A DNA stretch of 13,156 nt from Fidelibacterota bacterium. GTDB taxonomy: Bacteria > Fidelibacterota > Marinisomatia > Marinisomatales > S15-B10. Shown in pieces: positions 1 to 6,799 of this stretch. The stretch spans positions 1 to 13,156 of the forward strand of contig JBHIAI010000046.1 in the NCBI GenBank assembly GCA_046861655.1. Reading direction: 5' to 3'. The translations under genes and the position numbers were made by a program. Position 1 is the first letter of the stretch. Each line of letters starts with the position of its first letter. A model generated the notes under the pieces. It saw nothing but the letters and a program-made list of their open reading frames with translations. It was not told where the DNA came from and did not search any database.

Positions 1-405
1 GAAATCGAAGACAACGTGTTCAGGGAATCGGCCAGGATCAACTCCTCGTGGGGCGGGAACCTGACCGATATGGTAAGAGCCACGGTGTACCTTGGCATCA
101 TAGAAGAAGAAAACGTTTTAGAGGGGGTGTCGGCCAACGGCTCATACCTCCTGAAAAAGCTGCAGGCCCTTCAGGAAGATTACGCGGGACTGGTCTCCAA
201 CGCCCGGGGACGTGGACTCATGTGCGCTTTCGACCTGCCCAACAGTGACGACAGGGACCGTTTGAAGGAAGGGATCCTCAAGGAGGGTGCTTTTATTCTC
301 GGCTCGGGAACCCGTTCCATCCGCTTCCGACCGCCTCTCAATATCAGCCGTGAAGAAATCGACATGGGAATAGAGATGATTCTCAGAGGTCTCGACTCCC
401 TTTGA
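1..405 (+). CDS. lat: L-lysine 6-transaminase (class III PLP aminotransferase), C-terminal part; gene begins upstream of the window
   Basis: Frame 1 is open from base 1 (EIEDNVFRESARINSSWGGNLTDMVRA). This matches the Lat-type 'NVF..S.RINSTWGGNL.DMVR' segment, followed by the class III motifs 'NARGRGLMCAFD' and 'SIRFRPPL'. Stop TGA at 403-405. Confidence 0.8.
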   Translation, partial: EIEDNVFRESARINSSWGGNLTDMVRATVYLGIIEEENVLEGVSANGSYLLKKLQALQEDYAGLVSNARGRGLMCAFDLPNSDDRDRLKEGILKEGAFILGSGTRSIRFRPPLNISREEIDMGIEMILRGLDSL

Positions 406-423
406 AACCGAGGGATCCAGAAG

Positions 424-1143
424 ATCTCCACCTTTTACATCGTCGCCACACCCATCGGAAACCTGAAAGACGTTACTTTCAGAGCCATCGAGACGCTAAA
501 AAGTGTGGACCTTGTTGTGGCGGAGGACACCCGGAGAACCCGGACGTTGCTCAATCACTTTCAGGTCCGGGTACCTCTCATAAGCTATTTTGAGCATAAC
601 AGGCTCTACAGGATTCCGCGGATTCTGAAAAAGCTCAAAGAGGGGTCTGATGTCGCTCTGGTAACGGACGCCGGCACTCCAGGCATTAGCGATCCCGCAT
701 ACCGCCTAATCCGGACCGCATTGGAGCATGGCATTCCCGTCACTTCCGTACCGGGACCGTCATCGGTCATCACCGCGGTTGTCCAGTCGGGCCTACCCAC
801 CGACCGGTTCGTGTTCGAGGGATTTCTTCCCAGAAAGAAGGGGAGAGCGGCAAGATTGAAAGCCCTGGCGAATGAAGACCGAACCGTGGTCCTGTTCGAA
901 TCCCCCGAAAGACTGGTGAGCACCCTGGAGAGCTGCTTGCGGTATCTGGGGAATCGACCGGTTTCCGTGTGCCGTGAACTGACCAAAGTGCACGAAGAGG
1001 TGTACCGGGGAACTCTGAACGACGCGGTCCACCATTTCATGAAAAAAAGGCCCCGGGGAGAAATCGTAATCGTCATAGGCAAGGACGACCCCCGTGTCCA
1101 TTTTGGTTGGCTGCCGGAAGGGCAGGAGAGCAGTCTCCCATGA
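424..1143 (+). CDS. rsmI: 16S rRNA (cytidine1402-2'-O)-methyltransferase RsmI; start probably the non-canonical ATC at 424
   Basis: The conserved N-terminus STFYIVATPIGNLKDVTFRAIETLKSVD lies upstream of the track's GTG at 505. It continues into AEDTR, DAGTPGISDP, VPGPS, FEGFLPRK, FESPERL and CRELTK.HEE. The product call is secure; the start position is inferred. Confidence 0.93.
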   Translation: MSTFYIVATPIGNLKDVTFRAIETLKSVDLVVAEDTRRTRTLLNHFQVRVPLISYFEHNRLYRIPRILKKLKEGSDVALVTDAGTPGISDPAYRLIRTALEHGIPVTSVPGPSSVITAVVQSGLPTDRFVFEGFLPRKKGRAARLKALANEDRTVVLFESPERLVSTLESCLRYLGNRPVSVCRELTKVHEEVYRGTLNDAVHHFMKKRPRGEIVIVIGKDDPRVHFGWLPEGQESSLP

Positions 1144-1790
1144 CGGCCCCGGTGGTAGAATCCCCTCGATTCGTAACCTTCGAGGGCATCGACGGCTGTG
1201 GAAAGTCCACCCAGGCCGACCTTCTCAAGAGCTTTCTGGAGGGGAATGAACAAACTGTGATTCTGGTGAGGGAACCGGGAGGGACCGGCATATCGGAGAA
1301 GATCCGGACACTTCTCCTTGATCCGGAAAACAAGGGGATGGATCCTGTTACGGAGTCGTTGCTTCTGGCGGCCTCCCGGACTCAACTGGTGAACCAGGTG
1401 ATTCTTCCCGCCATTCGAGATGGTAAGACCGTCCTGTGCGATCGGTTCGTAGATTCCACCCTGGCCTACCAGGGACACGGACGGGGGCTTCCCTTGGAGT
1501 GGCTTGAAATGATCAACGAATATGCCACTCGTACCGCCCGGCCCGATGCCACTGTTTTTGTGGATGTTCCTGTGAATACCGCTCTCGAACGGATGGAGAA
1601 AAAAACCTTCGATCGCATGGAAAAGGAGGGTCACGATTTTCTTGAAAGGGTGAGAGAAGGGTACCTTAGGCTTGCGGAAAAGGACCCTCGAAGATATATT
1701 GTGGTAAATGGCTTGGAATCCATACAGGAAATTCACAAAAAGATTGTCCGGAGGATGTTCCATGAAGGATCGTTTCCCCGGGCAGAGTGA
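1140..1790 (+). CDS. tmk: Thymidylate (dTMP) kinase
   Basis: P-loop FEGIDGCGKST, plus REPGGT and DRFVDSTLAYQG motifs. The ATG at 1140 overlaps the rsmI stop (ATGA) with AGGAGAG upstream. Confidence 0.95.
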   Translation: MTAPVVESPRFVTFEGIDGCGKSTQADLLKSFLEGNEQTVILVREPGGTGISEKIRTLLLDPENKGMDPVTESLLLAASRTQLVNQVILPAIRDGKTVLCDRFVDSTLAYQGHGRGLPLEWLEMINEYATRTARPDATVFVDVPVNTALERMEKKTFDRMEKEGHDFLERVREGYLRLAEKDPRRYIVVNGLESIQEIHKKIVRRMFHEGSFPRAE

Positions 1791-1811
1791 CGTGGAGGCG
1801 CGAGAAGACTT

Positions 1812-3461
1812 ATGAAGGAACCGAGGAAATCCGTTCTCAGTAGATGGGTGGTTCCCTTCGGTGTCGTTTTCGTCGGACTCACGGTTCTTGTGGGACGGAG
1901 CGACCTGTACCGGGACATTTCTGAAAACTGGAAACTGGTGTACGAGGTGTATAAAAGGGTCATGACCAACTACGCCGATCGGGTGAATCCCGAAAGACTC
2001 GCAGTGTCGGGAATCAAGGGAATGCTCGCAGAGTTAGATCCCTATTCCATCTACCTGGAAGATCAAGAACGAGACGGCCTGAACATGCTCACCAAGGGAA
2101 AGTATGGTGGTGTGGGCATTCAGCTCGGAGTGAGGGATGATTCCCTGACGGTGATCGCTCCCATCGACGACTCTCCCGCTATGAGAAGCGGAATTCTTCC
2201 CGGGGACCGGATCATTGCCATAGACGGCAAGTCGACCAAGGACATGAACCTGGACGAGGCGGCCAGGGATATTCGAGGGGAGAAGGGATCCAAGGTGATC
2301 CTGACCATTCTGAGGTACGGGGAAGTGGATCCCCTTGACTTCGAACTCATCCGGGATATCATACGGATCGAAGACGTTTCCTACGCGGGGATGATTGGGG
2401 ACGGGATCGGATACGTCAGGTTATCGCGGTTTTCCAGAAACTCCGCCCCTGAAATACGTAAGGCGTTTCGCGGTCTGATGGAACAGGACCTGGATAAACT
2501 CATCGTGGACCTTCGCGGAAATCCCGGCGGTCTCCTTGAGGCTGCCATTCAAGTACTGGACATGATGGTGGAAGAAGGGGAAGAGATCCTCTCCACCCGG
2601 GGAAGAAATGGAGAGAGTGACCGCACCTTTGTGGCCCAGACCGATCCCCTCCTGGATTCCCGGACCACCCTGGCGATTCTTATTGACGGGGGGAGCGCCT
2701 CTGCAAGCGAGATCGTGGCGGGAGTCATTCAGGATCTGGACAGGGGCGTGATCGTGGGAAGCCCATCCTTTGGAAAGGGACTGGTTCAGTCCGTGTATCC
2801 CCTGGATCCCTCCCGGTCCCTGAAGCTCACCACTGCCAAGTATTATCTTCCCTCGGGCCGGTTGATCCAGAAACCAGGGTACCTGAGGGAGAACATGGTT
2901 CTGGACGAGGCGGAGCTGGACACGGTTTTCGACACACGCAACGGAAGGAAGGTTTTGGCCCGGGGGGGCATTACACCCGATATCGAGGTACCCCCCCTCA
3001 AGATGACAGCCCTGACCCGGGAATGCTGGAGACGGGGATTGTTCTTCAAGTTCGCCTCTCTCACCGTTCAGAGGAGGGAAATGCCCCTTCCTGTTGTGGT
3101 AGACGATGAGATGCTGCTCCAGTTCAATGAGTTCCTTGATTCCAAGGAATTGACCCTCAATGTGGAGGGAGAAAAAGAGTTTCGGACTCTCAGGACCCGG
3201 CTTGACAGCACGGCTGCCCAACGCCCGGTTCTCCGACATTCCCTGGGGGTCCTGGAGGATTATTTCGATGACATGGAGATGGAGCTGTTCGAGAAGTCAC
3301 GATCCCAACTGATGGTTGGACTGGAACGGGAATTCTCGTCTCTTGTGGGCGGCATCCGGGCCCGGATTCAATCCTCCTTTGATGACGATCCCGTAATCCT
3401 CAGGGCCAGAGAAGTACTGAGTGACCGGATGAGTTACGACCACACTCTAAATCCGTCGTGA
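1812..3461 (+). CDS. S41A family C-terminal processing (tail-specific) protease, CtpA/Prc-like, with a PDZ domain and an N-terminal signal/anchor
   Basis: Motifs LDPYS, YGGVGI (PDZ), SPA..SGI.PGD.I, DLRGNPGG.L, catalytic SASASEIVAG and GKGLVQ, and GGITPD. The N-terminus is basic then hydrophobic. Confidence 0.92.
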   Translation: MKEPRKSVLSRWVVPFGVVFVGLTVLVGRSDLYRDISENWKLVYEVYKRVMTNYADRVNPERLAVSGIKGMLAELDPYSIYLEDQERDGLNMLTKGKYGGVGIQLGVRDDSLTVIAPIDDSPAMRSGILPGDRIIAIDGKSTKDMNLDEAARDIRGEKGSKVILTILRYGEVDPLDFELIRDIIRIEDVSYAGMIGDGIGYVRLSRFSRNSAPEIRKAFRGLMEQDLDKLIVDLRGNPGGLLEAAIQVLDMMVEEGEEILSTRGRNGESDRTFVAQTDPLLDSRTTLAILIDGGSASASEIVAGVIQDLDRGVIVGSPSFGKGLVQSVYPLDPSRSLKLTTAKYYLPSGRLIQKPGYLRENMVLDEAELDTVFDTRNGRKVLARGGITPDIEVPPLKMTALTRECWRRGLFFKFASLTVQRREMPLPVVVDDEMLLQFNEFLDSKELTLNVEGEKEFRTLRTRLDSTAAQRPVLRHSLGVLEDYFDDMEMELFEKSRSQLMVGLEREFSSLVGGIRARIQSSFDDDPVILRAREVLSDRMSYDHTLNPS

Positions 3462-3483
3462 TGGAACAAGTGGGGGTCAAATG

Positions 3484-3512
3484 TTGACTTTCCGACGAGA
3501 GACGTCTAAATT
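3484..3512 (+). promoter_or_regulatory. Sigma70-type promoter for the tRNA-Val/thrS operon
   Basis: TTGACT (3484-3489), a 17-bp spacer, then TAAATT (3507-3512), in the intergenic region upstream of tRNA-Val. Confidence 0.7.
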
Positions 3513-3567
3513 CGTCACCGCGTTTGCCTGGAGAACTGCAGGATCTATCCGTTTTCCCGAGGAACAT

Positions 3568-3641
3568 GGGCGATTAGCTCAGATGGCCAGAGCGCTTGCT
3601 TGACATGCAAGAGGTCGGTGGTTCAAGTCCACTATCGCCCA
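3568..3641 (+). tRNA. tRNA-Val(GAC), no encoded CCA
   Basis: Cloverleaf: acceptor GGGCGAT/ATCGCCC, D arm GCTC/GAGC, anticodon arm CTTGC-TTGACAT-GCAAG (GAC at 3602-3604), T arm GGTGG-TTCAAGT-CCACT. Discriminator A3641 is followed by CG. Confidence 0.97.
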
Positions 3642-3693
3642 CGTTAAGAGGAGTTTCACGACTGAACTCTGTCAGGAAAGATGACCGTTTTTC

Positions 3694-5619
3694 ATGAAAG
3701 AGATTACTCTAACTGTTCCAGGAAACCCCCCCCGTACCTATCCTGCAGGTACCCCAGCCTCTAAGATTCTCCAGGACATAGATCCCGATCAGGCCAAAGA
3801 TGCCGTGGCCGTGAAGGTCAACGGCGAGTTGAGGGACTGGCACCGGGAGGTCGATTCGGACGCCGAACTGGAGGCCGTTGCCGCTCACTCACCCGGGGGT
3901 CACGACATTCTCCTTCACAGCGCCGCCCACCTCATGGCCCAGGCCGTGAAGGAACTGTTTCCCGGTACTCGGATTACTATCGGTCCCACGATCGAAAACA
4001 GGTTTTACTACGATTTTGACCGGGAGGAATCCTTCACTGAAGAAGATCTGGACAGGATTGAAGAAAGGATGCGGGAGATCGCCGAGCGGGATCTGCACGT
4101 GGAGAGAAGGGTGGTATCCCGGGATGAAGTCAGGAAATTCTTCGAAGATCTGGGGGAAGCCTACAAACTGGAACTGATAGACGAAATGGGTGACGACGAA
4201 GTTATCACCACCTACAGCCAGGGCGATTTTGTGGATCTGTGCCGGGGACCTCACCTTCCGTCCACTGGCATGATCAAGCACTTCAAGCTTCTCAGTATCG
4301 CTGGCGCCTACTGGAGGGGCGATGAAAACAACAAGATGCTTCAAAGAATATATGGCACGGCTTTTCCGGATGAGGAAGGACTCCAGGCCTATCTGAATCA
4401 GCTGGAGAAGGCCCGGGAAAGGGACCACCGGAAGCTGGGAAAGGAACTGGGTTTATTCCAATTCGATCCTGTGTCTTCGGGAAGCCCGTTTTTCCTGCCC
4501 CGGGGGACTGTTGTGTACCTGGAGCTTGTGGATCATATCCGGACTCTGTACCGGGAATACGGCTATCAGGAGGTCATTTCCCCTCAGATTTACGATATAG
4601 ATCTCTGGAAAACGTCGGGTCACCTGAATCTATTCGGGGAGTTCATGTACCAGATGAAGCTGGGTAAGCGTCAGTTTGCCTTAAAGCCCATGAACTGTCC
4701 CGCTCATGCCCTCATCTACTCTTCCGAACTGAGGTCCTACCGGGACCTTCCTCTCCGCCTTGCGGATTTCGGGCGGCTCCACCGGTATGAAAAGGCCGGC
4801 GTGGTTTCGGGGCTCACGCGCGTCAGAAGCTTCAGTCAGGACGATGCCCATATCTTCTGTACCCCTGACCAGATCGGAGGAGAAATGGAGGCCCTCTTCG
4901 GTATGATCCACCGGGTGTATGACGTATTCGGATTCGACGACATAGAGGTGGCCCTGAGCACCCGTCCTGAAAAGGCTCTGGGTGAAAGGAAGCTGTGGGA
5001 TGAAGCGGAAGAGCTATTGCAGAATACCCTGGAAGAACTGGAACAGGATTTCAGAGTGGATAGTGGGGAGGGTGTTTTCTACGGACCTAAGATCGATTTC
5101 CACGTTCAGGACGCCCTTGGACGGACTCATCAGCTGGGGACTTTTCAGCTCGACTTCAATCTCCCCGAGCGGTTCGGTCTTGAGTTCATAGACCGGGACG
5201 GCGGTGCCAAACGACCGGTCATGATTCACCGGGCCATTCTGGGATCCATTGAGAGGTTTTTCGGTGTCTATCTGGAGCATTGTGGAGGCGATTTTCCGTT
5301 GTGGCTGGCCCCGGTTCAGGTTATCGTTCTCCCCATTTCCGAAAAGGTTGGCCGGTATGCCCGGCAGGTCCGGGACACCCTCCATGGGGCCGGCCTGAGG
5401 GTAGAGATGGATGACAGGACAGAGAAGATCGGTGCCAAGATTCGACACGCGGAACTCCAGAAGATCAACGTCATGCTGATCGTGGGTGAAAAGGAGGTCC
5501 GGGACCAGACCGTCTCTGTTCGCCGGCGGTTCACCGGGGACGAAGGTGTCATGTCCCTGGATGAGGTCATCGAGAGCCTGACCGCCGAAATCAAAGAAAG
5601 GAGGAGGGGACCGAAATAG
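3694..5619 (+). CDS. thrS: Threonine--tRNA ligase
   Basis: TGS domain, editing motifs HSAAHL and DLCRGPH, RIYGTAF, RDHRKLG, KPMNCP, FYGPKID, MIHRAILGS.ERF and the C-terminal anticodon-binding domain. Confidence 0.98.
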   Translation: MKEITLTVPGNPPRTYPAGTPASKILQDIDPDQAKDAVAVKVNGELRDWHREVDSDAELEAVAAHSPGGHDILLHSAAHLMAQAVKELFPGTRITIGPTIENRFYYDFDREESFTEEDLDRIEERMREIAERDLHVERRVVSRDEVRKFFEDLGEAYKLELIDEMGDDEVITTYSQGDFVDLCRGPHLPSTGMIKHFKLLSIAGAYWRGDENNKMLQRIYGTAFPDEEGLQAYLNQLEKARERDHRKLGKELGLFQFDPVSSGSPFFLPRGTVVYLELVDHIRTLYREYGYQEVISPQIYDIDLWKTSGHLNLFGEFMYQMKLGKRQFALKPMNCPAHALIYSSELRSYRDLPLRLADFGRLHRYEKAGVVSGLTRVRSFSQDDAHIFCTPDQIGGEMEALFGMIHRVYDVFGFDDIEVALSTRPEKALGERKLWDEAEELLQNTLEELEQDFRVDSGEGVFYGPKIDFHVQDALGRTHQLGTFQLDFNLPERFGLEFIDRDGGAKRPVMIHRAILGSIERFFGVYLEHCGGDFPLWLAPVQVIVLPISEKVGRYARQVRDTLHGAGLRVEMDDRTEKIGAKIRHAELQKINVMLIVGEKEVRDQTVSVRRRFTGDEGVMSLDEVIESLTAEIKERRRGPK

Positions 5620-6128
5620 GATCCTCAAAAGATATCCGGGTAAACAAACAGATCCGGGCCAGACAGGTACGGCTTATCAGTGAGAATGGGACTCAAATCG
5701 GTATAGTGGATCTAGAGCAGGCCTTTGAGAAGGCCCGGGAGGCCGGTCTGGATCTGGTGGAGGTGGCTGCCGACGGAAATCCTCCCGTGTGCCGTCTTAT
5801 GGACTACGGGAAGCTCAAGTACGATCAGAAGAAGAAAGAGCAGGAGAGTAGGAAAAAACAGCATGTTATTCGAGTAAAAGAAGTTAGATTTCGGCCTCGG
5901 ATCAGCGACAATGATTTCGAAACAAAAATAAGAAATGCCAAGAAGTTTCTTACCGAGGGGTACAAGGTCAAGATTACCCTCATGTTTCGAGGTAGGGAGA
6001 TGGTCCGGCAGGATCTGGGTCAGGATTTGCTCACAAGGATCGAGGCCACCCTGGACGGCATCGCTGAAGTAGAGAAAAGGGGAGAGATGGAGGGAAGGCG
6101 ATTATCCGTCATTATGACGCCCAGATAG
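5616..6128 (+). CDS. infC: Translation initiation factor IF-3, non-canonical ATA start
   Basis: The IF3 N-terminal sequence DIRVNKQIRARQVRLISENGTQIGIV lies upstream of the track's GTG at 5706. The in-frame ATA at 5616-5618 is 8 nt after GGAGG (5603-5607). Motifs LDLVEVA, PPVCRLMDYGK and KVKITLMFRGRE follow. Confidence 0.95.
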   Translation: MGSSKDIRVNKQIRARQVRLISENGTQIGIVDLEQAFEKAREAGLDLVEVAADGNPPVCRLMDYGKLKYDQKKKEQESRKKQHVIRVKEVRFRPRISDNDFETKIRNAKKFLTEGYKVKITLMFRGREMVRQDLGQDLLTRIEATLDGIAEVEKRGEMEGRRLSVIMTPR

Positions 6129-6156
6129 GAGCGTAGGGTTCGAACCCTGCACTCCT
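6127..6156 (+). promoter_or_regulatory. Stable stem-loop in the infC-rpmI junction (candidate translational operator)
   Basis: AGGAG-C-GTAGGGT [TCGA] ACCCTGC-A-CTCCT forms 12 pairs with one C.A mismatch. It lies just 5' of the rpmI SD GGGAGG and has no U-tract. Confidence 0.5.
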
Positions 6157-6169
6157 TGGGAGGATGCAG

Positions 6170-6364
6170 ATGCCGAAAATGAAGACAAGAAGAGGAGCGG
6201 CCAAGCGCTTTTCCATAACGGGCAGGGGCAAGATTCGCAGGAATAAGGCGAACCGAACCCATCTTCTTACGAAGAAGTCTTCTGACCGGAAGCGGCGACT
6301 AAGGCACGCCGGCAACGTAAGTCAGGCAGACAGGAAACGGGTAAGAAGAATGCTGGGAAAGTGA
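6170..6364 (+). CDS. rpmI: 50S ribosomal protein L35
   Basis: MPKMKTRRGAAKRFSITGRGKI...HLLTKKS. The SD GGGAGG (6158-6163) favours ATG 6170 over ATG 6164. Confidence 0.97.
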   Translation: MPKMKTRRGAAKRFSITGRGKIRRNKANRTHLLTKKSSDRKRRLRHAGNVSQADRKRVRRMLGK

Positions 6365-6373
6365 GGGGAAACT

Positions 6374-6724
6374 ATGTCGCGGGCAACGTCTGCTGTTCAG
6401 AGAAAGAAAAGGCATAAGAGAATTTCGAAAGAGGCCAGGGGGTATTATGGAGCCCGAAGTCGCGGCTACCGGAGGGCCAAGGAAGCCGTGGAACAGGCCA
6501 TGCTCTATAACTACCGTGATCGTCGTCAACGGCGCCGCTTTTTCAGACGATTGTGGATTTCCCGGATCAACGCGGCGGCGAGACTACACGGGACTACCTA
6601 CTCCCAGCTGATTTCCGATTTGAAGGCCAAGAATATTCGTCTTGACCGGAAGATGCTGGCTCATCTTGCGGTTCACCAACCGGATGCCTTCGCCGAAGTG
6701 GTCAAGCAGGCATCGGGGAAGTAA
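6374..6724 (+). CDS. rplT: 50S ribosomal protein L20
   Basis: ARGYYGARS, YRDRRQRRR.FRRLWISRINAAAR and LDRKMLA motifs, in the canonical infC-rpmI-rplT order. Confidence 0.97.
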   Translation: MSRATSAVQRKKRHKRISKEARGYYGARSRGYRRAKEAVEQAMLYNYRDRRQRRRFFRRLWISRINAAARLHGTTYSQLISDLKAKNIRLDRKMLAHLAVHQPDAFAEVVKQASGK

Positions 6725-6799
6725 GGGTCCGTTCGTTTACACCTGATCCGACTGTCCGAATCCGCCCGAATCCCCTGAAGGCGGGTTTGCCGTAAATCA

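Noticed and set aside
400..406. lat ends in CTT-TGA, the prfB +1 frameshift motif
   Set aside because: The SD 3 nt upstream that prfB requires is absent. The +1 frame closes at a TGA about 60 nt later and is not the rsmI frame.
403..440. Selenocysteine recoding of the lat UGA
   Set aside because: The UGA falls at the normal Lat C-terminus, not at a catalytic Cys position, and the downstream hairpin does not convincingly resemble a bacterial SECIS.
402..593. 63-aa ORF from TTG402 as an independent gene
   Set aside because: It overlaps the conserved rsmI N-terminus in another frame and has no recognisable protein features. It is kept only as a possible frameshift entry into rsmI.
606..1763. 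Long antisense ORFs (606-1763, also 2421-3239, 5014-5628 and 8701-9732)
   Set aside because: They are shadows of well-conserved sense genes in GC-rich DNA and have no recognisable motifs.
1788..1814. tmk TGA in frame with the S41 protease (possible read-through fusion)
   Set aside because: The protease has its own ATG and signal-like N-terminus, and in-frame adjacency occurs by chance one time in three.
3650..3670. Hairpin as an E. coli-type tRNA-Thr anticodon mimic for thrS autoregulation
   Set aside because: The loop (CGAC or CACGACU) contains no NGU Thr anticodon-like triplet.
3726..3733. C8 homopolymer near the thrS 5' end as a phase-variation tract
   Set aside because: The gene is essential, the frame is intact, and the tract simply encodes Asn-Pro-Pro-Arg.
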